Shown here: positions 27,190 to 36,449 of the stretch, in pieces
Layout of the letters: every line of letters begins with the position of its first letter
How positions within the stretch are numbered: the first letter of the stretch is position 1
Assembly (NCBI GenBank): GCA_903925205.1
Contig: CAIYEN010000181.1
Coordinates: forward strand, 1-60,138
Reading direction: 5' to 3'
DNA from: an uncultured Opitutia bacterium
Lineage (GTDB): Bacteria; Verrucomicrobiota; Verrucomicrobiia; Opitutales; UBA953
DNA: 60,138 nt
Program-made: the position numbers and the translations under genes
Notes under the pieces: model-generated
What the model was told of the DNA's origin: nothing
Seen by the model: the letters and a program-made list of their open reading frames with translations, nothing else
The model's database searches: none

Positions 27190-28563
27190 CTAGTGGAACG
27201 AAAGTTGCGCGGAAAGGTCGGCGGGCAGCGTGCGCTCCAAAGCGAAGGAGCGACTGCCTTTGACGAAAATGAAGCCCGCATGGGCGCTGACAGCAGCCTG
27301 GACGTCGGCCAGCGTGGCCGCAGCATGGCGCAGGCCGGACCCAGTCGGCAGACCCGCCAAGACTTGGGCGGCGTCACCCCCGAAGGTAACGACCGCATCC
27401 CCCGCGCGGATTGGTAAGGCGGCGCCACAATCACGATGCAGCGAGGCGGAATTCACCCCGAGTTCGGCCATGCCGCCAATCACCCAAAGGCGCGGCTGAG
27501 CGGAAGCCTGGCTGAGCCGATCGAAGCAGTGAGCCGCGTCGAGTAACGAAGCTGGACTGGAATTGTAGCAATCGACGTAGAAGGTCTGTGCGGCCAGCGG
27601 GTGCAGACTACCCCGCCCGACCGGCGGCGACCAACTGGCCAGCGCCGTGCACAAAGCGGGCCCATCGACGCCGACTGCCTTGGCCGCGAGGATTGCCAGC
27701 GCAGCGTTCCGGGCTAACCCATCCGAAACCGGGCCCAGCCCAAAGACTTCGCCATCGAGGCTCAAGGTCCGGCGGCCAGCGGACTGACCGAGCACCGCTT
27801 CGACCAAGCGCGCGGGGCGCACGGGCGGATTCGCTTCGCCAGCAAAACGCACGGCGATGCACCGGTCGGCCAAGGCTGCGAACTCTGGCCAAGCCAAGAG
27901 CGCGGCAGGCAAGATGGCGCGACCACCCACCGCGAGGGCGGCCACCAATGTCGCCTTCTCCCGCGCCACCGCCGCGAGCGAACCAACGCCTTCGAGATGA
28001 ACGGGCGCGACCGCGGTCACAATGGCCACATCTGGCTGAATGACCGCCGCGCTGACGCCGAGTTCGCCCGGCACACTCATGCCGGCTTCAATCACCGCAA
28101 AGCGATGCTGGTCGGCGCGGAGCCGTAGGAGCATCAACGGTACCCCTAAAAGGTTATTCAGGTTGGCCTCGGTGATGAAGGCCGTCGGGCCCAACAAGGC
28201 GCCGAGTAGGTCCTTGGTCGAGGTCTTGCCGACGCTCCCGGTGACGCCGATGACCGGCCCCGGAAAACGCTTCCGCCAAGCCGCAGCGATGCGCTGGAGG
28301 CCCGTTTGCGGATCAGCCACCACCAACTGTGGAAGCGTATCCGCCACGGGATGTGCCACCACGGCACAGGCGGCCCCACGGGCGCGGGCATCGCCCACGA
28401 AATCATGGCCGTCGCGGCGCGCCGTCTTCAGCGCCACAAACGTATCCCCCACGCGCACAGCCCGGGTGTCCGTGCCGAATCCCGTAACGGGCGCCACGGG
28501 CTCCGTCGTCCAAGTCCCTTGCGACCAAGCCGCGAGGTCAGCGGGTACAAACGCCACGGTCAC
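27190..28563 (-). CDS. murF: UDP-N-acetylmuramoyl-tripeptide--D-alanyl-D-alanine ligase
   Basis: GVTGSVGKTSTK; GTG start overlapping the murE stop (GTGA). Confidence 0.9.
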   Translation of the reverse strand: MTVAFVPADLAAWSQGTWTTEPVAPVTGFGTDTRAVRVGDTFVALKTARRDGHDFVGDARARGAACAVVAHPVADTLPQLVVADPQTGLQRIAAAWRKRFPGPVIGVTGSVGKTSTKDLLGALLGPTAFITEANLNNLLGVPLMLLRLRADQHRFAVIEAGMSVPGELGVSAAVIQPDVAIVTAVAPVHLEGVGSLAAVAREKATLVAALAVGGRAILPAALLAWPEFAALADRCIAVRFAGEANPPVRPARLVEAVLGQSAGRRTLSLDGEVFGLGPVSDGLARNAALAILAAKAVGVDGPALCTALASWSPPVGRGSLHPLAAQTFYVDCYNSSPASLLDAAHCFDRLSQASAQPRLWVIGGMAELGVNSASLHRDCGAALPIRAGDAVVTFGGDAAQVLAGLPTGSGLRHAAATLADVQAAVSAHAGFIFVKGSRSFALERTLPADLSAQLSFH

Positions 28564-30083
28564 AACACGGTGCCCCTCCGGAGCGCGAGTAATTCGCGGA
28601 CCACTTGACGGTCGTCAAACGGCACCACGGTGTCGGCAAATTCCTGGGTCGACTCGTGCCCCTTCCCCGTGACGACGACGCAATCGCCCGGACGGGCGGC
28701 GGCAAGGACGCGGCCAATGGCCTCCCGGCGATCGGCGACGAACTCCACGGTCGGCAAGGGGCCAAGACCCGTCCGCATGTCCGTGAAAATACTGTCGATG
28801 CTTTCCTTGCGCGGGTTGTCGGAAGTTGCCCACGCGAGGTGCGCGAGCTCGGCCACCGCTTGAGTCATGGCGGGACGCTTACCGCGGTCACGGTTACCGC
28901 CACAGCCGAAGACGCAGAGTACGCGACCGGGCGTGATGGCACGCAGCATCCGCAACGCATTGCGTAAAGCGTCGTCGGTATGGGCGTAGTCGACAAAGAC
29001 CGGGAAAGCTTGGCCAGCCTCGACGCGTTCCATGCGACCGGCCACTCCAGGAAACGACGCGACGGCGGCGACTAACGTCAACGGCTCCCGCCCCAAGGCC
29101 GCAGCCAATGCCAAAGCGCAGAGCACATTAGAGACGTTATAGTCGCCCGGCAGCGGTGAGGAGAAACGGGCGGCATGGCCCTGCCAGACGACGGTAAATT
29201 CCGTGCCGGCCAAGGTATAACGGATGTCGGTTGCGCGGAGATCGGCGGCGGCCGACATCCCGAAAGTCAGCACGGCCCCACGACGCCGGCAGGCCTCGGC
29301 GAGAACATCGCCCGCGGGGTCATCGAGGTTAAAGACGCTCACCCCAGGAACCGAACCGTTCCGCCCGTCGAATAAAGCCGTCTTGGCATCCAAGTAGGTC
29401 GCGAGGTCGCCGTGATAGTCCACGTGATCACGCGTCAGGTTCGTGAAAGCGGCGGCCGCAAACTGGAACCCATGGACGCGGTCCTGATGCAGTGCATGAG
29501 AACTCACTTCGAGGCACGCCCCCGTGCACTCGGCATCGGCCATCTGGCGGAAGAAGGCGGCGAGGTCCGCCGATTCTGGTGTCGTCTTATAAGAAGGAAT
29601 CGAGCGGCGGCCTAGGTGATAACGGACCGTACCTACCAGCCCCCAGTTACTACCGTCAGCCTGCAGGAGGTGACGCAACAGTGTCGTCACGGTCGTCTTA
29701 CCGTTAGTACCGGTCACACCAACCAATTGAAGGGCCGCTTCGGGATGGCCGTGGAAACGGCGGGCGACTTCGGCCAAGACCTTCCGCGGATCGGCGACTT
29801 GCGCGGCTGCGACCGCCGGCAAGCCGGTGACGGGCCGAGCCGAAATGACCGCCGCCGCGCCGCGGGCGATGACATCATCGAGGTATTCGTGCCCGTCCGA
29901 ACGCAGCCCGGGCAAGGCAAAGAACAACGAGCCCGGCAAGACGCGACGGCTGTCGGTCACGAGCCCGGTAATCTTCGCCGTCCAATCCCCCGACCGACCC
30001 AAAATGGGTAGGCCTTGGAGCAAGGTCTGGAAAGAAGGGCGTTCCATCGGGGCGAAGTGGGGCTGGCTGAGCGCGCGGTTCAT
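28560..30083 (-). CDS. murE: UDP-N-acetylmuramoyl-L-alanyl-D-glutamate--2,6-diaminopimelate ligase
   Basis: GVTGTNGKTT and a DNPR segment (SDNPRKE). Confidence 0.93.
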   Translation of the reverse strand: MNRALSQPHFAPMERPSFQTLLQGLPILGRSGDWTAKITGLVTDSRRVLPGSLFFALPGLRSDGHEYLDDVIARGAAAVISARPVTGLPAVAAAQVADPRKVLAEVARRFHGHPEAALQLVGVTGTNGKTTVTTLLRHLLQADGSNWGLVGTVRYHLGRRSIPSYKTTPESADLAAFFRQMADAECTGACLEVSSHALHQDRVHGFQFAAAAFTNLTRDHVDYHGDLATYLDAKTALFDGRNGSVPGVSVFNLDDPAGDVLAEACRRRGAVLTFGMSAAADLRATDIRYTLAGTEFTVVWQGHAARFSSPLPGDYNVSNVLCALALAAALGREPLTLVAAVASFPGVAGRMERVEAGQAFPVFVDYAHTDDALRNALRMLRAITPGRVLCVFGCGGNRDRGKRPAMTQAVAELAHLAWATSDNPRKESIDSIFTDMRTGLGPLPTVEFVADRREAIGRVLAAARPGDCVVVTGKGHESTQEFADTVVPFDDRQVVRELLALRRGTVL

Positions 30084-31909
30084 TGACCGAGGAGCGTGGC
30101 CGGCGCCGCGGCAGAGTTGGGATTACCCGTGGCCGTAGCGACGACGCCGGCGTTGGCCTTCGGAATGTTGAGCCACTTGATGCACTCGAGGGCGACTTCG
30201 CGAAAAATCGGGGCGGATACCTTCCCGCCGTACGCCACACCTTCACCATGGGGTTCATCGATGATGACCGTAATCGCCAGCTTCGGGTCGTTGACGGGGA
30301 AGAACCCCGAGAACGACGCCACGTGGTGCGAGGTCGAGTACTTCCCGTTGATGATCTTCTGCGTCGTACCCGTCTTACCGGCGACTTCGTAGTCGGCGAT
30401 ATCGGCAATCGGGGCGGTGCCGCCCTTACCACAGACGGCCCGGAGCAACGTCGCCATGGACGCGGCGGTGCTGGAAGAGATGGCGCGGCCCTTAGAGCGG
30501 GGCGGGTAGTTGAGCACGACCTGCTTCGTCTTCGGGTCGTCGATGCGCAGGACCAGCTGCGGCTGCATGAGCAAGCCATCGGCGGCGACGACCGACATCG
30601 CGTAGTGCATCTGCATGGCGGTCACGCTGACCGAGTGGCCCATCGGCACGCGCGACACCGTCAACCCATCCCACCGCGACGGCGGAATGAGCATGCCGCC
30701 CGACTCGGCGCCCGTCAGCAGCCCAGTGTTCGCGCCAAAGCCGAAGGCACGAATCAGCTTATCAAAACGCTCTTCGCCCAGGCGCTCCGCATAGAGCATC
30801 CCAATCTGCACCGTACCACGGTTCGACGATTCACGGACGATATGCCGGACATCGACCGCGCCCAGCGGGTGCGAATCCGCCGGCAACGAGACCATCCGAC
30901 CTTTGTAGGGCACGGACGAGAGCCCACAGTCGTAGACGGAGTTAGGCGTGATCAGACGCTCCTCGAGGGCCCCCGAAATGGAGACAATCTTGAAGACCGA
31001 ACCCGGCTCATAGATATCGGAGACCGCGCGGTTGCGCTGGCTATCCATCGGCGCCAGTTTGGGGTCAAAGAACTTATTCAAGTCGAAGGTCGGCCAATTC
31101 GCCAAACCCAAGATGCGACCGGTCTTCGGTTCGCTGACGATGATGATGCCCGACTTCGGAGTATACTGGTTGGCGGCTTTCTCTAAGGCGACCTCACAGG
31201 CGTTTTGGACGAGACTGTTAATCGTGAGTACGACCGTGCTGCCGTCGACGGGCGCGACTTCGCGGAGGCGGTTGCTGGCAATCTCGCGACGATGCCCGTC
31301 CCGCTCGGATTCAATCCAGCCCTTCTGCCCCTGCAGGAAACCGTCGAGGGATTTCTCGATGCCGACCGACGGGACCATCTCTTTGTTCACATAACCCACG
31401 ACGTGGGCGGCCAGCTGGCCTTTGGGATAGTTACGCCGATACTTGAGATCCGCTCGTAGCGCTTTCAGCTTCAACTCCTGGACCTTCTTCATCGTCGCCT
31501 CATCGCACTCGCGCGCGAGGACGACCCAGCGGACGCGGCGTTCGACGCCTTCATCATCCACGCGGGGAGCGGGACTGAAGGCCGCCTTCACCGTCAGCAA
31601 AGGTAACCGCAGGATTGCCGCGACCTCCGCGGCCCGCTGATGGTCGTCCTTCTGGAGCGACTCTGGGTCAACGCCGATGTCCCAGACATCCTCGGACACG
31701 GCGAGCAGGTTGTCCTGCGAGTCCCGAATTTCCCCCCGGCGGCAAGCCTTCTCCTGGAACACATAACGCCGTTGGAGCGCCTCCGCCCGGAGGCTAGGGG
31801 CGTCGATCCAATGGAGCCAAACCAGGCGACCAACGACAACGAGGAAACAAGCGGACACGACCCAGGCGAGCGAACGGAAGCGCAGTCGCCTGGCGTGCGG
31901 AAGGGTCAT
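30080..31909 (-). CDS. ftsI: Penicillin-binding protein (FtsI-type transpeptidase)
   Basis: SVFK (SxxK), SSN (SxN), KTGT; N-terminal TM. Confidence 0.92.
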   Translation of the reverse strand: MTLPHARRLRFRSLAWVVSACFLVVVGRLVWLHWIDAPSLRAEALQRRYVFQEKACRRGEIRDSQDNLLAVSEDVWDIGVDPESLQKDDHQRAAEVAAILRLPLLTVKAAFSPAPRVDDEGVERRVRWVVLARECDEATMKKVQELKLKALRADLKYRRNYPKGQLAAHVVGYVNKEMVPSVGIEKSLDGFLQGQKGWIESERDGHRREIASNRLREVAPVDGSTVVLTINSLVQNACEVALEKAANQYTPKSGIIIVSEPKTGRILGLANWPTFDLNKFFDPKLAPMDSQRNRAVSDIYEPGSVFKIVSISGALEERLITPNSVYDCGLSSVPYKGRMVSLPADSHPLGAVDVRHIVRESSNRGTVQIGMLYAERLGEERFDKLIRAFGFGANTGLLTGAESGGMLIPPSRWDGLTVSRVPMGHSVSVTAMQMHYAMSVVAADGLLMQPQLVLRIDDPKTKQVVLNYPPRSKGRAISSSTAASMATLLRAVCGKGGTAPIADIADYEVAGKTGTTQKIINGKYSTSHHVASFSGFFPVNDPKLAITVIIDEPHGEGVAYGGKVSAPIFREVALECIKWLNIPKANAGVVATATGNPNSAAAPATLLGQ

Positions 31910-32292
31910 CGCGAGCCGTTTCCTCCCTGCCCCGTCGTCGGACGGAACGCGATGTTGAGAGCCGTCACCCGTGGGCTCGCAGTATTCTTAAGAGGGACCA
32001 CGGCGGTGACCGTGGGAGAAAGGCGGACAAAGGTGACCTGTTCGGGCACCGGCGGTTTGAGGTCTTCACCCGCGATTTGCTTCAGCTGCAGGCTATCCTG
32101 CGTCTGGTCGCGGGCACGCTTCAACGCATCGAGCTCCTTCTTAGACTCGGTGATGCTGCGTTCGAGGCGCTGAATCCGGGCCCCCACATCATCGCTCCGC
32201 AGGCGCAGCTTCATGATATGGATAGCACCGACCGCCGCGGCGGCAAAGCTCGCGGCGACTAAGGTGCCAATCAGGAAACGACGTGGACTCAT
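31906..32292 (-). CDS. ftsL: FtsL-like cell division protein
   Basis: N-terminal TM followed by a coiled coil (RIQRLERSITESKKELDALKRARDQ); positioned between rsmH and ftsI with ATGA overlaps on both sides. Confidence 0.7.
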   Translation of the reverse strand: MSPRRFLIGTLVAASFAAAAVGAIHIMKLRLRSDDVGARIQRLERSITESKKELDALKRARDQTQDSLQLKQIAGEDLKPPVPEQVTFVRLSPTVTAVVPLKNTASPRVTALNIAFRPTTGQGGNGSR

Positions 32293-33206
32293 GCGTCGGT
32301 GCGGCGCAGGGCGCGGAGGCGGGCCGAGCGGCTCCGCGGGTTACGGAATTGTTCCTCGTCGGAAGGCTGGACGGCCTTCCGGGTCAGCAGTTCCGCATGG
32401 CTGACGCGCTCGTCCTGCAGCCGATTGTCGTCGCGGTCCACCGGTCGGCCGGCGACCTCGTTCATGTAGCGCTTAACCATCCGGTCTTCGAGGGAGTGGA
32501 AGGAGATGACCGCGAGCACCCCACCCTGCTCGAGTTTGGCAAAGGCCTTGGGTAAAGCGGTGGCGAGGGCCCCGAGCTCGTCGTTGATGGCAATGCGCAC
32601 CCCTTGGAACGTCTTGGTCGCTGGGTGCGGCCCCCGGGGGCCGGGGGCCGGGGGGGCGGCTTCGGCGACCAGTTCGGCGAAGGACGCCGTGCGGGCGAGG
32701 CGACCAGTACCGCGGGCAGCCTCGATGGCGTTGACGATGCGGTACCAGCGCGGCTCCTCGCCGAAATCACGGACGGCTTGCTCCAACTCGCGGCGGTCGG
32801 CGCCTTCGAGGAATTCGGCGGCGGTCCGCCCCCGGCGCGTGTCCATGCGCATATCGTTCGGGGCGTCGAAGCGGAAAGAGAAACCGCGTCCAGCGTCGTC
32901 CAGCTGATGCGAGGACACCCCAATGTCCATCAGCACTCCAGCAAAACGACCCTGAACGCGGTCAAGGTCACGGAAATTTTCGGCATGGAAACGGAGCCGG
33001 GAGCCGTACTTGGCCAGCAAGGGCGCGGCGCGTTCGCCGGCTTGGGGATCGCGATCGAGTGCGTCCACCGTGGCCCCGAGCGCACGCTCGAGCAACGCCG
33101 CCGTATGCCCACCGCCCCCGAACGTGCAATCCATGTAAGCACGGCCGTCCTGCGGGGCGAGGAGCGCCAGGCACTCCTCCAGCAGAACGGGAACGTGGTT
33201 GGTCAT
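32289..33206 (-). CDS. rsmH: 16S rRNA (cytosine1402-N4)-methyltransferase
   Basis: MTNHVPVLLEE and DCTFGGGGH. The ATG at 33206 is preferred over the longer ORF start at 33287. Confidence 0.92.
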   Translation of the reverse strand: MTNHVPVLLEECLALLAPQDGRAYMDCTFGGGGHTAALLERALGATVDALDRDPQAGERAAPLLAKYGSRLRFHAENFRDLDRVQGRFAGVLMDIGVSSHQLDDAGRGFSFRFDAPNDMRMDTRRGRTAAEFLEGADRRELEQAVRDFGEEPRWYRIVNAIEAARGTGRLARTASFAELVAEAAPPAPGPRGPHPATKTFQGVRIAINDELGALATALPKAFAKLEQGGVLAVISFHSLEDRMVKRYMNEVAGRPVDRDDNRLQDERVSHAELLTRKAVQPSDEEQFRNPRSRSARLRALRRTDA

Positions 33207-33261
33207 GGCAGGGGGGCTGTGAATAACGTGTGAGTTGTGTAAGTAACTTTTGGATACCAGT

Positions 33262-33717
33262 TCAGAGCCCGAGCGCCCCGAGGGCACGCAGGATGGTCTG
33301 GGTGTGCGCAGACGTGCGGTCGACGACTGGCGGATTCTTCGAGAGGATCTGGAAGGTGGTGAAGCCGCCCTTGAAGACGACGTCGCGGCCGAGCTGCGCT
33401 TCCTTGACGACGTGCTCGTTGAGCGTGATGCGGCCGGCTTTGTCGCAGGCGACCTGAATGCTGTTCGACGCCAGCAAGCTCAGCGCGTTCATCTTGTCTG
33501 GATCACTCACCGTCACCTGTTGGGCCGCATCCGAAATGCGTTTCACCATCAAAGGAGGGAAGACGACAATCGCGCCGAGGGCGGGATGGTACATCGCGAG
33601 AAAACCCGATTCCACCGCGCTCTCGAAACGCCAGGCCGCCGGAATCGTGACACGATTCTTCTCATCCAATTTTCCATGATGGATGCCGGTGAAGAGACTG
33701 TTGGAACCAATAGACAT
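33262..33717 (-). CDS. mraZ: Transcriptional regulator MraZ
   Basis: Two SpoVT/AbrB-like halves (LDEKNRVTIP and CDKAGRITL). The ATG at 33717 gives a typical MraZ N-terminus. Confidence 0.88.
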   Translation of the reverse strand: MSIGSNSLFTGIHHGKLDEKNRVTIPAAWRFESAVESGFLAMYHPALGAIVVFPPLMVKRISDAAQQVTVSDPDKMNALSLLASNSIQVACDKAGRITLNEHVVKEAQLGRDVVFKGGFTTFQILSKNPPVVDRTSAHTQTILRALGALGL

Positions 33718-33732
33718 GGGCTGGGGGAGCAC

Positions 33733-33766
33733 CCCCATTTCACCCACTTTTCCCCACTCTCCCCCA
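33733..33766 (-). promoter_or_regulatory. Four TGGGN direct repeats (MraZ-box-like operator) upstream of mraZ
   Basis: Minus strand: TGGGG-gagag-TGGGG-aaaag-TGGGT-gaaa-TGGGG, with a TTGACG hexamer at 33774..33769 just upstream. Confidence 0.5.
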
Positions 33767-34091
33767 CTCGTCAAGAAATATGCCCCATTTTGTTATCCAC
33801 AGGCGCGATCCGGAGTCCTGGGAGGCTTTAATGAAAGAATTCAGTCTTTAAATAACGTAAGTCACTGTTGTTGATTGGTTTAAGTATAAAATCTGCCCAA
33901 TTCCTGCCCTTGCTTCCCCCGGCCCCCTCTACCTGGACCCGATCGGGCCGGCCGCGCCCCCCGCGCTGCCGCGGCTTTTTGTAATGGTTTTTAACTTACA
34001 TTTGACTGGCCTCCCCCCACCCGACCGCCCCGAAATCGGTTGCCAACCCGCGTCCACTGTGTTTCGTTGTGGCTACCGCATCCCTCCTCTC

Positions 34092-34520
34092 ATGAAGCAC
34101 GCCGTTCCCTTCGCCCTCCTCGCCGCCACGCTCGCCTTCACCGGCTGCAACACCTACGTGGGTGTCGACAATCCCGATCAGGCCAGCTCGACGTACTCCA
34201 ACGTCACTGGTTCGCTCGTGACCCGCTACAAGGCCTCGCCGGAAGCCGTCTTCAACGCCGTCAAGCGCGCCGTCGACTCGCAGAGCGACACGATGAAGCG
34301 CATGGGCGAATCCGACAAGCGCGTGAACAACGAGCTCCAGGAAGTGACCGTCTTCGCGCGCGCCATCGGTGACCTCGAAATCAAAATTGAAGTCGCCAAG
34401 GTCGAAGATCCGGTGACCAAGGAGAACTTCACGCAGGTGACCGTCAAGTACGGCTTCTTCGGCAATTGCGAGCAGAGCCAGCAGATCGTCTCCCGCATCA
34501 CGCAGAACCTCCGCCGCTAA
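34092..34520 (+). CDS. Small lipoprotein (DUF3568-like, uncertain)
   Basis: MKHAVPFALLAATLAFTGC lipobox. The ATG at 34092 lies inside ORF 33984..34520. Confidence 0.75.
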   Translation: MKHAVPFALLAATLAFTGCNTYVGVDNPDQASSTYSNVTGSLVTRYKASPEAVFNAVKRAVDSQSDTMKRMGESDKRVNNELQEVTVFARAIGDLEIKIEVAKVEDPVTKENFTQVTVKYGFFGNCEQSQQIVSRITQNLRR

Positions 34521-34545
34521 TTGCGTCGGGCGGAACCGCCATCGG

Positions 34546-34584
34546 ACGCCGCCTGGCCTTTCGGCTCGGCGGCGTTCTTTTTTT
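34546..34584 (+). terminator. Rho-independent terminator after the lipoprotein gene
   Basis: ACGCCGCC...GGCGGCGT stem followed by TCTTTTTTT. Confidence 0.55.
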
Positions 34585-34604
34585 AAACCAGCATTTACCA
34601 AGAC

Positions 34605-35714
34605 ATGGGCAACATTCACGGACATAACTTCCGCATCGCGACCTTCGGGGAAAGCCACGGCCCGGCACTCGGCGTCGTCATCGATGGCTGTCCCCCGCGC
34701 GTCCCGTTCGACCTCGCCTTCCTCCGCAGCGAGCTCGCCCGCCGCCGCCCGGGCCAGAGTAAACTGACGACACAGCGCCAAGAAGGCGACGTGCCGGAAA
34801 TTCTCTCCGGACTTTCGCCCGACGGTCTCACGCTCGGCTCACCGATTGCCATCGTCATCCGCAACGTCGACCAACGCTCCTCCGCCTACACGGAGATGAA
34901 AAGCGCCTACCGTCCTTCGCATGCGGATTTCACTTACGATGCCAAATACGGTATCCGCGCCGTCGAAGGGGGCGGGCGCTCCTCCGCCCGCGAGACCGCG
35001 GCACGCGTCGCGGCCGGTGCCCTCGCGAAGACTGTCTTGAAGCATGCCTGCGGGGCGACCATCACCGCCTGGGTCGAAAGCGTCGCGGACATCCGCATGC
35101 CCGCGCCGACCAAGACGCCTTCGCTGAAACAGGTCGAAGCCTCGCCCACGCGCTGCCCACACCCCGCGACCGCCCAACGCATCGAGGCCCGCATCCACGC
35201 GGCGCGCGCGGACGGTGATTCCGTGGGCGGCGTCATCTGTTGCGTCGTTTCCGGCCTCCCCGCCGGCCTAGGCTCCCCGGTCTTCGATCGCTTCGAAGCC
35301 GAACTGGCCAAAGCCATGCTCTCCCTGCCCGCCACTAAAGGCTTCGAGCTGGGGAGCGGCTTTGCGGGCACGTTGCTCAAGGGCAGCGAGCATAACGACC
35401 TCTTCGTAAAAAAAGGCGGCCGCATCCGGACCGTGACCAACCGTTCGGGCGGCACGCAAGGCGGCATCACGAACGGTGAAGACGTCGTCTTCCGCGTCGC
35501 TTTCAAACCTACCGCGACCGTACTCAAGCCCCAAAAGACCGTCAGCCCTGACGGTAAGGCCACTTCGCTGAGCGCGCGGGGCCGCCACGACCCCTGCGTT
35601 CTCCCCCGCGCGGTCCCCATCGTCGAAGCCATGGCGGCCTTAGTCGCCGTGGACCATTGGATCCGTGATCGCGGACAGAACGCTCCCTTCGGCCGCTGCG
35701 GACGCAAAGCATGA
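34605..35714 (+). CDS. aroC: Chorismate synthase
   Basis: [23 protein letters not shown] and RHDPCV motifs. Confidence 0.95.
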   Translation: MGNIHGHNFRIATFGESHGPALGVVIDGCPPRVPFDLAFLRSELARRRPGQSKLTTQRQEGDVPEILSGLSPDGLTLGSPIAIVIRNVDQRSSAYTEMKSAYRPSHADFTYDAKYGIRAVEGGGRSSARETAARVAAGALAKTVLKHACGATITAWVESVADIRMPAPTKTPSLKQVEASPTRCPHPATAQRIEARIHAARADGDSVGGVICCVVSGLPAGLGSPVFDRFEAELAKAMLSLPATKGFELGSGFAGTLLKGSEHNDLFVKKGGRIRTVTNRSGGTQGGITNGEDVVFRVAFKPTATVLKPQKTVSPDGKATSLSARGRHDPCVLPRAVPIVEAMAALVAVDHWIRDRGQNAPFGRCGRKA

Positions 35715-36439
35715 CCCCTCTTATCATCGTTCTCGGTCCGGCTGGTTCCGGCCGCAGCATCCTGCTCAAAGAACTCATCGAAAACGCTTGGCCGGCGGGG
35801 AAACAAGTCCGCACGGTGCGCATCAGTGGCGATGCGCCTGCCGACCACCCAGCCGGCGATTGCTGGACCTTGACCGAGGGCCAGGCCGTCCTCCCCGCCC
35901 CTGGCACCGAAGACGCCGTCATCCTTGTCACCGACGGTCGCCGCTCCGTGGTTGATCAGATGGAAGCCCTGCACCGGGTCCTGCATGGCTCCACGCAATG
36001 GCAGGTCCAGCGTATCGTGACCGTCCTCGACTGCATGCTCGCCCATCGCCACGAGGTCGTGGCCGAATGGTATGGCGCGGCCGTCCATTTCGCCGACGCC
36101 GTCATCGTGACCCGCCGCTGGGAAGTGCCTGGCCAGTGGCTGAGCAAGTACCTCGCCACCTACACGGACGCATTCTACCCCTGTCTCTTCGTCAACCTGC
36201 TCAAGAATGGCAGCTTGGCCAATCCCGCCGAGGTCATCGAAGGCGAGCCGCTGCGCATGTCGCACATCTTCGATGAGATCGATGCCGTCGATGAGATGGA
36301 GTTCGATGAGGACAATCTGCCCGACGAACCGTTCGACCTGGTGCGGCAGCCCGATAAGTATTTCGCCCGCGATGATTATGGCCGGCGCTTAATCTCGGTG
36401 CCGGACATTGCGGAAACGCTCCGCGTCGAGGGACGCTAG
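35711..36439 (+). CDS. P-loop NTPase-like protein (CobW/G3E-like architecture, atypical Walker A)
   Basis: [12 protein letters not shown] (Arg where the Walker A Lys is expected), VTVLDC and [10 protein letters not shown] resembling G3E strands, and an acidic C-terminus. ATGA overlap with aroC. Confidence 0.75.
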   Translation: MTPLIIVLGPAGSGRSILLKELIENAWPAGKQVRTVRISGDAPADHPAGDCWTLTEGQAVLPAPGTEDAVILVTDGRRSVVDQMEALHRVLHGSTQWQVQRIVTVLDCMLAHRHEVVAEWYGAAVHFADAVIVTRRWEVPGQWLSKYLATYTDAFYPCLFVNLLKNGSLANPAEVIEGEPLRMSHIFDEIDAVDEMEFDEDNLPDEPFDLVRQPDKYFARDDYGRRLISVPDIAETLRVEGR

Positions 36440-36449
36440 CGCCGCGGCG

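Noticed and set aside
30083-31186. 367-aa plus-strand ORF opposite ftsI
   Set aside because: It is antisense to a PBP with SxxK/SxN/KTG motifs and is Arg/Asp/Gly-rich with no motifs. The same reasoning applies to 23692..24657, 17085..17966, 7344..8174, 50354..51217, 54387..55292 and 56223..57245.
33793-33801. Perfect DnaA box TTATCCACA upstream of mraZ (possible oriC)
   Set aside because: It is a single box with no cluster, no adjacent AT-rich unwinding element with 13-mers, and no dnaA/dnaN nearby. One 9-mer match in 60 kb on two strands is not far from chance expectation.
34934-36265. 443-aa minus-strand ORF opposite aroC and the P-loop gene
   Set aside because: It is antisense to chorismate synthase, has low-complexity Ala/Arg/Pro/Ser-rich content and no recognisable motif. 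High-GC artefact.
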